A DNA stretch of 64,000 nt, from NCBI GenBank assembly GCA_041602695.1, contig JBFIFS010000002.1, positions 2,644 to 66,643 on the forward strand, written 5' to 3'. Under the pieces are notes generated by a model. That model had not been told where the DNA came from, did not search any database, and was given only the letters and a program-made list of their open reading frames with translations. The translations under genes and the position numbers were made by a program. Source of the stretch: Kiritimatiellia bacterium (GTDB lineage Bacteria; Verrucomicrobiota; Kiritimatiellia; UBA8416; JBFIFS01). This document shows positions 38,727 to 48,268 of this stretch, piece after piece; position 1 is the first letter of the stretch; each line of letters starts with the position of its first letter.

Positions 38727-39954
38727 AGTCTTTCCGATCTCTTTCGATAGCGCTCTTCTCCCTGAGTTGAGCGCCCAATGTCCTTATCTCAAAATCCCGC
38801 AGCTCTTTTTCGGCGTCCTCCAGGTATCCCCTGAGCCGCCAATCCATCTTCTGGTCGATAACACCTCCGAGGAACTTACAATACGCCTTTACGAGCTCGC
38901 GAAAGTCCTCGCTCTTACCGGCAGCCCTCAGGTGCATGGCGACAAACCGGGCCTTCAGCACCTCACGTATATCCCTGTTCCTCTTCAGCCTGATAAGATC
39001 AACAAGTGTAATCTTGTCGGGCAAATCGCTATTCACGGAAATACCATAATCGGCAGGGTAAATCAACAACTGCCCCTTCAGCCAATCCAAATCCTTTATC
39101 GATGTTCCGCCAGGCAAATAAACGGTCCTTCCCTGGCGCAACATCCAAACGTCCCATGCGTAATCCGGGTCAGCGACCCCCGCCTGCGCAAGAAGTTCCT
39201 CCACATCCTCGCTATCCAGCTCGCCCAGCCGAGCAAGGCTCCTGCACGCGCCTTCTAGAAGCGCCTCGTCCCTGCCGAGCGAGAGCATCCATCCGACAAA
39301 CAGGCCGCGGGTCATTCGCAGGACTTCGTCGGACACACCGCTATCATCGGCCAGGACGTCCTGGAAAGGCACCATCTTTCCGGACTTCCATCGAGCGAGG
39401 AGCTTCTCGCTGTTCCTTTTGCGCAGCCCCGGATACAGGTTCTGGGCGATGCCCTGAGTGAGCCACTCGGGAACCTGTATGGCCTGCCCTTCATCCTGTC
39501 CGTTGCGCATTGACCAGGCCACGGTGCTGGTCAGGCAGAAAGACACCATCTCCATAAGACCCTCAGCATCTTCGGCACTGTAGTTCAGGACCGAGACAGA
39601 ATGCGTCAGGACACCCTCTTCGATCCGCGCGCCCAGTTCCATCTTCTGCGAAGGCTCAGCATCTTCGAGGAAATGTATTCGGACCAGGGGCGTTCGCGAC
39701 TTAGGCAGCTGCAACCCCGTCGCACTCACATAACGCTCGCCGAGGTCCTCGATCCAGCGCACAAAGTCATACACCATGATCCTGTCACGGCCTGACGCCA
39801 TGTATCGTCCCGATGAAGACTTGGCCGTGACAATACTTGAGACCAGTTGTCGGGCCGTCTTGACCGGATCATTTCGCGGGGAAAATGACTGACTCGCGGC
39901 TACTGAGGCGCCTGCCAGGAAGACCAATAGACTCTGGCAGGCCGACCGCGTCAT
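38710..39954 (-). CDS. hypothetical secreted protein
   Basis: 414 aa with signal peptide MTRSACQSLLVFLAGASVAASQ and no recognisable domain. It overlaps argH by 17 nt. Confidence 0.5.
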   Translation of the reverse strand: MTRSACQSLLVFLAGASVAASQSFSPRNDPVKTARQLVSSIVTAKSSSGRYMASGRDRIMVYDFVRWIEDLGERYVSATGLQLPKSRTPLVRIHFLEDAEPSQKMELGARIEEGVLTHSVSVLNYSAEDAEGLMEMVSFCLTSTVAWSMRNGQDEGQAIQVPEWLTQGIAQNLYPGLRKRNSEKLLARWKSGKMVPFQDVLADDSGVSDEVLRMTRGLFVGWMLSLGRDEALLEGACRSLARLGELDSEDVEELLAQAGVADPDYAWDVWMLRQGRTVYLPGGTSIKDLDWLKGQLLIYPADYGISVNSDLPDKITLVDLIRLKRNRDIREVLKARFVAMHLRAAGKSEDFRELVKAYCKFLGGVIDQKMDWRLRGYLEDAEKELRDFEIRTLGAQLREKSAIERDRKDYEESK

Positions 39955-40640
39955 TTATTGCTCACGGTGACGCGTACCTGCCCCTCTTCCACCTTGATGT
40001 CGGTGGCGTATTTGAAAGAATCGAAGCCGTTCTTCTCGAGGATCTTCCTGTAGAACATCCTGACAATACGCGTCCTTCCAGGCCCAACCATTCCAAGATG
40101 GCCTTTCTTGACCTTTCTCACGACCAGACTGCCGCCCACACCCACACAATACATGTCGTATGACGTGCCTGGCGAAAGGACTACCCCGAAAATTGTCTTC
40201 TCAAACATCTTGTCGGTTACATGCACCCGGAGATAGCCCGGCATGCATTTTACCCTGACCTCTCCCAGCCCCATTTCCTTGCCCTTTCCATACTGGAAGT
40301 AGCCATTGATGTCTGCCTCTTTGAATACGTATGCGACCGTTCGCCCCTTGCTCAGGCGGCTCATCGCCCTCAGCTGGGAGTCAACTCGCCTCCCGCCAAC
40401 GGATGTGCCCTCGCTTGCCTCAAACGGACTCGTTGGCCAGAATGTAAGGCCAAATATGCCCAGAATGACAACAACCACTCCGATTGCGAACTTAGGCCAG
40501 TGTTTGCGCATGAAGCTGACTTTGACCTGTTCCGCAACCGCTTCACTGGTCATCGCACTAAGGTCAAGTTTACCGCCGCACTGAACGCAGAAAACGCGCC
40601 CCAGCTCATTCTCTGATCCACAGGCTCCACATGTAATCAT
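39951..40640 (-). CDS. zinc-ribbon domain membrane protein (hypothetical)
   Basis: N-terminal CxxC...CxxC ribbon (CGACGSEN...CVQCGG), one TM helix, then an approximately 150-aa extracytoplasmic domain of unknown function. Confidence 0.5.
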   Translation of the reverse strand: MITCGACGSENELGRVFCVQCGGKLDLSAMTSEAVAEQVKVSFMRKHWPKFAIGVVVVILGIFGLTFWPTSPFEASEGTSVGGRRVDSQLRAMSRLSKGRTVAYVFKEADINGYFQYGKGKEMGLGEVRVKCMPGYLRVHVTDKMFEKTIFGVVLSPGTSYDMYCVGVGGSLVVRKVKKGHLGMVGPGRTRIVRMFYRKILEKNGFDSFKYATDIKVEEGQVRVTVSNK

Positions 40641-40663
40641 GGCATTACCTTTCTTAGCGCTTA

Positions 40664-40930
40664 CTAATCGCCCTTTTTGTCATTGTTTTTCGATGTACCA
40701 GTTGAGGAAGAGCTGCTTTCAGCAGACGCTTTCTCAGGCGTTCCGCTCTTCTTCTTATAATCCGTCTCGTAGAATCCGCTTCCCTTGAAAATAATCCCCG
40801 CTCCCGTGCCAAGAAGCTTCCTCACCTTATGCCGGCATTCCGGACATCTCTGCACAGGCTTGTCTTTCATGCTCTGAAACTTCTCAAAAGTGTGAGCGCA
40901 CTTGGTGCACTCATATTCATATGTCGGCAT
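40664..40930 (-). CDS. FmdB-family zinc-ribbon protein
   Basis: MPTYEYECTKCAHTFE...CPECRH matches the FmdB/CxxC_CxxC_SSSS family. It has a Ser-rich tail. Confidence 0.65.
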   Translation of the reverse strand: MPTYEYECTKCAHTFEKFQSMKDKPVQRCPECRHKVRKLLGTGAGIIFKGSGFYETDYKKKSGTPEKASAESSSSSTGTSKNNDKKGD

Positions 40931-41055
40931 CGCATCTCCTCTAAATTGCCTGAGAACCTACCGCTGCCGGTGGCAAATGTCAAGAAACCCAGCACCCGCA
41001 GGAACGTCAACTCTACTCTTTAAACTCCTCCATATGATGACTATACTCCTGACTA

Positions 41056-42333
41056 ATGAACTTGCTCGTTAAGAACGCCCGTATCTGTGACCCCTCAGCC
41101 GGCACCGACGAAGTGCGAGATTTGTGTATAGAGCAGGGCGTAATCGTTGATACCCCCGCCCTGCCGGCGTCTAAATACGTCTCCATGAATGGCGATGACC
41201 TCATTGTCACACCTGGACTTGTAGACCTGCACGTTCATTTCAGGGAGCCGGGCGACGGCAGATCAGAAACCACAGCGACCGGCTCGCGCGCGGCAGCCCG
41301 GGGCGGGTTCACTCACGTTGTCACAATGCCGAACACCACGCCGCCCACCGACAGTCCGGATCTTGTCAGATCGGCACTTGCCGCCGGTCAGGCAGCCGGT
41401 TTGGTAAACGTTCTACCGGCTGCATGCGTAACATTGGGGCGCAAGGGCACTGATCTTGCCCCGCTCTCAGACCTTGCAAGCGCTGGCGCGTGCGCATTTA
41501 CCGATGACGGCGCCGCTGTAGCCGATGCGTCTCTTATGAAGGAGGCACTTGCTGCCGCCTCGGCCCTGCGGATCCCGATCTTCCAACATGCCGTTGACCC
41601 GGACGTCAGCCGCGAGGGCGTCATACGAGAGTGCCAGCTCGCCAGCGAGCGGGATCTCCCGTTATTCGACCCTGAAGCGGAATCGTCAATAGTCGCTCGC
41701 GACATCAGGCTCGCGGGCGAAACTGGCGGACACCTGCACATACAGCACATCTCGTGCGCCAAAACAGTAGAACTTCTCCGCTCTGCCGAAAGATCTCCCC
41801 TGCGGGTTACGAGCGAAGCAACACCACACCACCTTTCGCTCTGCTCTTCCGACATAGCATCGGACGACGCGAATTATAAAATGAACCCGCCCCTCGGAAA
41901 TCCCGAGGACCGCGAAGCCCTTGTCGGGGCCGTTATGGACGGCACCGTAACGTGCCTGGCTACAGACCATGCCCCGCACAGCATGCAGGACAAGGCCTCA
42001 GGTTTTTCACTCGGCGCTTTCGGCGTCATCGGACTCGAGACGGCCGCCGCCGTGACATACGACTTGCTGGTTGCGCCCGGACTCTTGCCGCTCCTGCGGT
42101 GGGTCGCACTATGGACGACAGCGCCGGCCGAAATAATACATTTGGCGGCCCCGAGCGTCTCGGCAGGGAGCCCGGCAAATATTGCCATATTCAAGAAAGG
42201 ATCCCGGACCATCACGACAGACGACATTATGTCCATGTCAACCAATTCGCCCTTCATCGGCAGGAAGACAACCCTAAATCCAGTAGTGACGATCTGCAAT
42301 GGAAGAGAAACGTGGCGTGCTCCCGGATATTGA
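41056..42333 (+). CDS. pyrC: dihydroorotase (amidohydrolase superfamily)
   Basis: The N-terminus MNLLVKNARI...PGLVDLHVHFREPG is the metal-binding signature of dihydroorotase-like amidohydrolases. Confidence 0.75.
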   Translation: MNLLVKNARICDPSAGTDEVRDLCIEQGVIVDTPALPASKYVSMNGDDLIVTPGLVDLHVHFREPGDGRSETTATGSRAAARGGFTHVVTMPNTTPPTDSPDLVRSALAAGQAAGLVNVLPAACVTLGRKGTDLAPLSDLASAGACAFTDDGAAVADASLMKEALAAASALRIPIFQHAVDPDVSREGVIRECQLASERDLPLFDPEAESSIVARDIRLAGETGGHLHIQHISCAKTVELLRSAERSPLRVTSEATPHHLSLCSSDIASDDANYKMNPPLGNPEDREALVGAVMDGTVTCLATDHAPHSMQDKASGFSLGAFGVIGLETAAAVTYDLLVAPGLLPLLRWVALWTTAPAEIIHLAAPSVSAGSPANIAIFKKGSRTITTDDIMSMSTNSPFIGRKTTLNPVVTICNGRETWRAPGY

Positions 42334-42388
42334 CAGGGGATCTTTTTTCTGCATAATTCGCAAATGCTTTAGCTGAAAGGCATAAGGA

Positions 42389-42892
42389 ATGGCATTTCTA
42401 ATATTTTTGAGCGGAGACCTTAAGGGTCGAAAATTCGAGTTTGATCGCGACACTATCACTGTGGGGCGATCGCACGAAAACACAATTCAACTCAACGACC
42501 CCTCAGTCTCCAGCCAGCATTGCCATTTCGAAAGATCGGGAGACAGCTACTCTGTCACTGACCTCGGATCTACCAACGGCTCCTTCGTTAACGGCATGCA
42601 GGTCTCAGAAGACATAGAAATTCACCCGAAAGACATAATCCAGCTGGGTGACATGGAAATCATCTTCGATGCCCCTGAGCTCCTTCAGGGCGACGATTAC
42701 GCGGAGCGCACAACTACCACGGGAATCATCGTCAAACCCGGAGCGGCTGTGGACCGAGACCTTCCTGCTGATGCCGAATCAGGCTTCGCCGTACGCAAGG
42801 ACTCAAAGAAGCTCTGGCTTGTGCTCACGATCTCTGCCGTCGCGGCGGCCACTATTGCTTTCGTCTGGTTCCTGATCCGTCTCTTTAAGTAA
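42389..42892 (+). CDS. FHA domain protein with C-terminal transmembrane anchor
   Basis: FHA core (TVGRSHENTIQLNDPSVSSQHCHF...STNGSFVNG) and a C-terminal TM helix (LWLVLTISAVAAATIAFVWFLI). An AAGGAAT SD precedes the ATG. Confidence 0.7.
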   Translation: MAFLIFLSGDLKGRKFEFDRDTITVGRSHENTIQLNDPSVSSQHCHFERSGDSYSVTDLGSTNGSFVNGMQVSEDIEIHPKDIIQLGDMEIIFDAPELLQGDDYAERTTTTGIIVKPGAAVDRDLPADAESGFAVRKDSKKLWLVLTISAVAAATIAFVWFLIRLFK

Positions 42893-42907
42893 GACCCAGC
42901 GCCGCCC

Positions 42908-43906
42908 CTATACGCGCAGGGGGTCAGTGTCTTTCCTGTCAGATGGGCTCACCTCGACCATCCGGATACCCGTTGCCGATTTCACCCTGATGACAACCTT
43001 GCCGTCTCGCGGCGAATCGCTGTAACTTGCACATATACCCGCCGCAACACGCACGTCCTCATCACTCGCCGTAATCGGAAGGATCGCCGACGGGCCAGGA
43101 ACGCTGTCCGCCTTGAGCAGCAGGTCATAAAGCTCCCGACACGCCTCGATTTCAGCATTCTCCTTGGCGTTCCTGCCAACGACAAGCTTAACGCCGGGCG
43201 CAATCCTGAAATGCCGCCCCACTTTAAGCAGCTCGATGTCCCTTACACCGGCTAAGCCCTCGTGCTCATTCATGTCACGCAGCCGCTCCGCGAAGCGCGG
43301 CTCAGTGAGGCGGCATCCGCCGGTCGGACTGGGATAATTCGTTACACCAAACTCGGAAGCCAGCGCGATCTGCCTCTTTCTTCCCCGCCCGTGCAGGTCG
43401 AGCAGCTTCTCGCGGTCGATCCAGCCGTCCCTCTCCGGCAGGGTCGGCTCAAGTAGGCGCGCACTGAGCGGCCTGACAACCAGGTCCGCGCAGCCGGATT
43501 CTTCCGCTATCACCATCAGGCCGCGCCTGTCCTGCGATCCCGGCCGCTGATCAAGGACTTCGCCTGTGGCAAGAAAATCACAGCCAAGCGGATCCAGCAT
43601 TTCTCCCGCGCGCCTAAGCATCATCACTCGGCACTCGACACATGGGTTAGTGCAAGCGCCTGGGGCAGGCTTCTGAGCTGCCAGTATTGCAATAATGTCC
43701 GGGGCAAAATTGTATGTTGTAAATGGTATTTCCAGCGCATGACAGGCGTCCCTCCCGTCCTCAGACGGAAAGAAAGGACTCTCGAAGACCACTCCGCGGA
43801 CAAGCACGCCGGCACGCCTCAGCACGCAGGCAGCGAGCCGGCAGTCGAGACCGCCTGACATCAGCAGCAGGACCGTATGCGGCTCTCTTCTTTCTACGCC
43901 CTGCAT
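42908..43906 (-). CDS. PP-loop family ATP pyrophosphatase (ThiI/TtuA-like, putative tRNA thiolation enzyme)
   Basis: N-terminal SGGLDC PP-loop motif and conserved cysteines (CTNPCVEC). The family is certain; the specific function is not. Confidence 0.4.
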   Translation of the reverse strand: MQGVERREPHTVLLLMSGGLDCRLAACVLRRAGVLVRGVVFESPFFPSEDGRDACHALEIPFTTYNFAPDIIAILAAQKPAPGACTNPCVECRVMMLRRAGEMLDPLGCDFLATGEVLDQRPGSQDRRGLMVIAEESGCADLVVRPLSARLLEPTLPERDGWIDREKLLDLHGRGRKRQIALASEFGVTNYPSPTGGCRLTEPRFAERLRDMNEHEGLAGVRDIELLKVGRHFRIAPGVKLVVGRNAKENAEIEACRELYDLLLKADSVPGPSAILPITASDEDVRVAAGICASYSDSPRDGKVVIRVKSATGIRMVEVSPSDRKDTDPLRV

Positions 43907-43910
43907 CGTT

Positions 43911-45416
43911 TCACCCTAACGGCTGCGCCCATCCAAGCGCCCGCTCAACAGCTTGCCTCCAGCGCTTATACAGAACATCGCTCTCTGACTTGATCATTGC
44001 CGGACCAAAAGACTTCACGCATTCCCACTTCGATGAAAGCTCGCGCTTACCGCTCCAGAAACCTACGGCAAGCCCCGCAAGGCATGCCGCGCCCAGCGCG
44101 GTCGTCTCCGGGACAGCCGGCACGTCAACTTTCACATTCAGAATGTCGCTCTGGAACTGCATCAGGAAATCGTTCGCGACGGCCCCTCCGTCCGCCCGCA
44201 ACGTAGACAGACCAACCCCGGATTCGCGGACCATCGCCTCAACAACATCCCGGGTTTGATAGCTGATGGCCTCGAGGGCAGCCCTGGCGATATGCGCCCG
44301 CGTCGTACCCCTCGTCAGGCCCACGAGCGCGCCCCTTGCGAAAGGATCCCAATATGGCGCCCCAAGCCCCGTCAGGGCCGGCACAAAATAGACATCATCG
44401 TTCGTGTCCAGTGATTCCGCCAGCGCCTGAGTTTCAGCAGCGGCCCCGATAATGCCCAGGCCGTCGCGCAGCCACTGGACAGCAGCACCGGTAACGAAGA
44501 TCGATCCCTCAAGCGCGTACTCAACAGGCTGATCAGCAATCCCCCAGGCTATAGTCGTAAGCAGGCGCTCCTTGCATGCGACAGCCTCATGTCCAGTGTT
44601 CATAAGCAGGAAGGAACCTGTCCCATACGTGTTCTTCAGCATGCCCCTCTCAAAACAGGCCTGCCCAAAAAGGGCTGCCTGCTGGTCTCCGGCAATACCG
44701 GCCAACGGCACGGACACGCCCAATACTGACGGATCCGTTTCCGCGTAGACTTTTGATGAAGGCTCGACCGAAGGAAGCAGCTGCCTGGGAATATCGAGCC
44801 TGCTCAAGATTTCGGAGTCCCAACTCAGCTCTCTTATGTTGTACAGAAGAGTCCGGGATGCATTGGAGAAATCTGTTATGTGGGCCTTACCCCCAGTCAG
44901 GTTCCATGCCAGCCAGCTGTCGATCGTTCCAAAAGCCAGTTCGCCTTCTTCAGCGCGGGTCCGCGCTCCCGGCACGTTCTCAAGCATCCAATGGAGCTTT
45001 GTCCCGGAAAAGTATGGGTCAAGCAGCAGGCCGGTGCGCGCCCGCCAGTCCTCCTCAAGTCCTTCCTGCCTCAGGGCGCTGCAAAGTTCTGCCGTCCTCC
45101 TGTCCTGCCAAACAATCGCCCGGGACAACGGCTTGCCGCCGATTCGGTCCCAAAGAACGCAGGTCTCACGCTGATTCGTTATGCCAATACCCGCAACGTT
45201 CCCCGGCCCTGCGCCGGCACTGGCCAGGGCCTTACCGATCAGGCCTCGCGTCACTTCCCATATCTCAACGGCGTCATGCTCAACCCAGCCGGGACTTGGA
45301 TAATGCTGAGTGAATTCGGAATAAGCCTTCCCTACGACGCGGGCAGCGTGGTTAAAAACCAAAACGGTCGAACCTGTCGTCCCCTGATCAATAGCAAGGA
45401 TGAGCTTCTCGTCCAT
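43911..45416 (-). CDS. glpK: glycerol kinase
   Basis: FGGY kinase N-terminus LILAIDQGTTGSTVLVF...GWVEHDAVEIW. Confidence 0.9.
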   Translation of the reverse strand: MDEKLILAIDQGTTGSTVLVFNHAARVVGKAYSEFTQHYPSPGWVEHDAVEIWEVTRGLIGKALASAGAGPGNVAGIGITNQRETCVLWDRIGGKPLSRAIVWQDRRTAELCSALRQEGLEEDWRARTGLLLDPYFSGTKLHWMLENVPGARTRAEEGELAFGTIDSWLAWNLTGGKAHITDFSNASRTLLYNIRELSWDSEILSRLDIPRQLLPSVEPSSKVYAETDPSVLGVSVPLAGIAGDQQAALFGQACFERGMLKNTYGTGSFLLMNTGHEAVACKERLLTTIAWGIADQPVEYALEGSIFVTGAAVQWLRDGLGIIGAAAETQALAESLDTNDDVYFVPALTGLGAPYWDPFARGALVGLTRGTTRAHIARAALEAISYQTRDVVEAMVRESGVGLSTLRADGGAVANDFLMQFQSDILNVKVDVPAVPETTALGAACLAGLAVGFWSGKRELSSKWECVKSFGPAMIKSESDVLYKRWRQAVERALGWAQPLG

Positions 45417-45598
45417 GACACAATTGTGTTTGATTATAAGTTCGGTGTCTAGATTCTTCTACAGGCTGCCCTGCCCGCCTGCATTAAACTCTTAAGCCAA
45501 GTGAGAAATAGCCCCTTTATCATTGACCTGACGGGAAATATGCCTATATTGCGTACGTTTCGCAATTGAAAGGCCCGAACACTAATACGGAGGAAGAT

Positions 45599-46699
45599 AT
45601 GGCCATCATTAACTTTGGCGGTACCAAAGAGAAGGTTATAAAGCGCAGCGAGTTTCCGCTGGCGAAGGCGCGCAAAGTCCTTAAGAAGGAAACAATAGCT
45701 GTAATTGGTTACGGCGTTCAGGGTCCGGCCCAGGCGCTCAACATGAAGGACAACGGCCTTAATGTGATCATCGGACAGTCCAAGGCCTACAAGAAGGACT
45801 GGAACAGGGCCATCAAGGACGGCTGGGTGCCGGGCAAAACCCTCTTCGATATCCCTGAGGCCGTTCAGCGCGGCACTATAATCCAGATGCTGGTGACCGA
45901 TGCCGCCCAGCGTGCTATCTGGCCGACAGTCAAGAAGAACCTGAATCCCGGCGATGCCCTATACTTCTCACACGGGTTCTCAATTGTCTACAAGAAGCAG
46001 ACTGGCGTAGTGCCCCCCAAAGACGTGGATGTCATCATGGTAGCCCCAAAGGGCTCGGGCACGTCTGTGCGCCGCAACTTCCTTTCAGGTGCTGGAATCA
46101 ACTCCAGTTTTGCCGTCGAGCAGGACGCCACAGGCAAGGCCATGGAGCGCTGCCTGGCCGTCGGTATCGGAATCGGTTCCGGATACCTCTTCCCCACAAC
46201 ATTCCAGCACGAGGTGACCAGTGACCTCACCGGGGAACGCGGCGTTCTGATGGGTGCCCTGGCGGGAGTAATGGAAGCGCAGTATGACGTTCTGCGCAAG
46301 AACGGCCACACACCGAGCGAAGCCTTCAATGAGACCGTTGAAGAGTTGACTCAGAGCCTGATCCGCCTGGTCGATGAAAACGGCATGGACTGGATGTTTG
46401 CTAACTGCTCTGCGACTGCCCAGCGCGGCGCACTCGACTGGGCCCCTAAATTCAAGAAAGCTGTTATGCCTGTCTTTAAGGACCTCTACAAGGCAGTCAA
46501 GACGGGCAAAGAAGCCGCCCGCGTTCTTAAGACCTGCGGCGGCAAAGACTACAAGAAGCAGCTCGACAAAGAGCTTTCGGTTATCGGCAACTCAGAGATG
46601 TGGCGTGCAGGCAAGGCCGTGCGTGCCCTCAGGCCGAAAGAGAAGGCCAAGGCCATCACAAAGAACACACGCGGCGTCTCTGGTCGCGGCAAGAACTAG
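45599..46699 (+). CDS. ilvC: ketol-acid reductoisomerase
   Basis: IAVIGYGVQGPAQALNMKDNGLNVIIG NADPH-binding motif, DVDVIMVAPKGSG and the KARI C-terminal domain. An ATG with a GGAGGAA SD was chosen; the track ORF starts at 45566. A TTGACC-16-TATATT promoter lies upstream. Confidence 0.8.
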   Translation: MAIINFGGTKEKVIKRSEFPLAKARKVLKKETIAVIGYGVQGPAQALNMKDNGLNVIIGQSKAYKKDWNRAIKDGWVPGKTLFDIPEAVQRGTIIQMLVTDAAQRAIWPTVKKNLNPGDALYFSHGFSIVYKKQTGVVPPKDVDVIMVAPKGSGTSVRRNFLSGAGINSSFAVEQDATGKAMERCLAVGIGIGSGYLFPTTFQHEVTSDLTGERGVLMGALAGVMEAQYDVLRKNGHTPSEAFNETVEELTQSLIRLVDENGMDWMFANCSATAQRGALDWAPKFKKAVMPVFKDLYKAVKTGKEAARVLKTCGGKDYKKQLDKELSVIGNSEMWRAGKAVRALRPKEKAKAITKNTRGVSGRGKN

Positions 46700-46716
46700 A
46701 GCATCACAATCAAGAA

Positions 46717-46749
46717 GGCGCCCCGGTAAAACCGCGGGCGCCTTTTTTT
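46717..46749 (+). terminator. rho-independent terminator after ilvC
   Basis: GC-rich hairpin GGCGCCCCGG-TAAAA-CCGCGGGCGCC followed by TTTTTTT. Confidence 0.7.
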
Positions 46750-46756
46750 GTTTATA

Positions 46757-47548
46757 ATGCCTGCCGAGATCACAACTCAAATACGCGAATGGCTCGACAC
46801 CCATACCGACGGCCACATCTCTGCTGCTCCGGAGTCAGAGCAGCTGCCCATGGTACTGAAACGCGCTCATACCCTCCGTGTCGCGGAGGACGCGCGCGGC
46901 ATCGCCCATGAGCTGGCCTGGAGCAGAAGCGATGTCGACCTCGCCGAGGCAGTCGGGCTTCTGCACGATATTGCGCGCTTTGAACAGTATGTGCGCTACG
47001 GAACTTTTCTCGACGCAGCATCCTTCGATCACGGAATTCGCGGCCGGGATATAGCGTGCGAGTGCCCCGCGCTCAGCGGCCTGGCGGCCCGCGACAAGGA
47101 AACCCTCCTGACCGCAATCCAATTCCATAACAAGCGTGATATTCCCACCCACATTTCAGGGAACGACCTGAAGCACCTGCAGCTCATTCGCGATGCAGAC
47201 AAGATAGACATACTTCATTCCATCACACTTATCCTGAAGGAAGGCTGGCACCTTAAGCACCCCGGCATCCTGCTCAACATAGATCCAGGCGGCGACCTGA
47301 CCCAGGAGCTGGTCGATGAGATGCTGCGAACTTCGACGGGCAGCTACGAGAACGTTAAGACCTTGCCCGATATGCACCTCATGCGGGTTGGGTGGGTCCA
47401 CTCGATCGTCTATACCCCGGCACTTCGAAGAATAGCAGAGAGAAATCTATACGACAGTGCGATTCCCCTGCTTCCTGACACACCGGAAGTCACGGCAATA
47501 TGTGACCGAGCGGTTGCATACGTGAACGACCGGCTACAGTCCGCCTGA
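46757..47548 (+). CDS. HD domain phosphohydrolase
   Basis: LLHDIARFEQY HD motif. Start uncertain; the track ORF begins at 46748 inside the terminator T-tract. Confidence 0.55.
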   Translation: MPAEITTQIREWLDTHTDGHISAAPESEQLPMVLKRAHTLRVAEDARGIAHELAWSRSDVDLAEAVGLLHDIARFEQYVRYGTFLDAASFDHGIRGRDIACECPALSGLAARDKETLLTAIQFHNKRDIPTHISGNDLKHLQLIRDADKIDILHSITLILKEGWHLKHPGILLNIDPGGDLTQELVDEMLRTSTGSYENVKTLPDMHLMRVGWVHSIVYTPALRRIAERNLYDSAIPLLPDTPEVTAICDRAVAYVNDRLQSA

Positions 47549-48268
47549 CAGCCGCGCCTTCACGACCGCCACCGCAGCTATCGCCGCGACATCGCATGGA
47601 AGATGTTCCTCACAGAGGCGGTACGACATAAAGCCGACATCGGCGAAGAGGCCCAGCTCAAAGTCCGTCCACCCCGTTTCCGGGCCAATCGCAACAATCA
47701 CCCGGCCGGCTCCCGCCGATACAGGAAGGCTTTTGGATCCATCAGGAGATGCAAGCAGAAGCTCAGCGCTCCCTCGCATCTCCGCCACGCCATCCATTAA
47801 AAACGGTTTCAATTGCTTCTCAACCCGGATGGCCGGATATCGACAAGCCCCACCCTGTTCAAGCCCGAGCATTACCAGCTCTGCGATAGACTCATCACGC
47901 AGCCAATGCGTTGCAAAGTACTCGCGCTTCACTCCGCAGGCATTGAGCAGCGTGAGCGAGCTGATTCCCATCGCCGTTATCCTGGGAATGAGCCTGCGCA
48001 GGACCTTGGGCCGCGGCAATGCGAGAAGCACGTCTATCTCGGGCACATTCTCCGAACCGCTAATCAGCTCGAAATCGGCCTTCACGGCTTCGCCGGCGCA
48101 TGAGCGTATTGTCGCAATGCCGCGCCCAAGCCCCTCGACCGCTACACGAAACGAAGCACCCGTACCAACTGCTACCGCAGCACTCAAACGGTCGAAGCGG
48201 TCGTCACGCGGCATCGCAATACTGCACCTGTCGTCCACCTGCCCGCTTCGCGCAAAGTAGAAATTCAT
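47534..48268 (-). CDS. rsmE: 16S rRNA (uracil1498-N3)-methyltransferase
   Basis: RsmE-family C-terminal SPOUT motif IAIGPETGWTDFE plus an N-terminal PUA-like region. Confidence 0.7.
   Translation of the reverse strand: MNFYFARSGQVDDRCSIAMPRDDRFDRLSAAVAVGTGASFRVAVEGLGRGIATIRSCAGEAVKADFELISGSENVPEIDVLLALPRPKVLRRLIPRITAMGISSLTLLNACGVKREYFATHWLRDESIAELVMLGLEQGGACRYPAIRVEKQLKPFLMDGVAEMRGSAELLLASPDGSKSLPVSAGAGRVIVAIGPETGWTDFELGLFADVGFMSYRLCEEHLPCDVAAIAAVAVVKARLSGGL

Noticed and set aside
42300-42388. A possible terminator after pyrC (a T6 tract at about 42345).
   Set aside because: No convincing GC-rich stem precedes the T-tract, so it was left unannotated.
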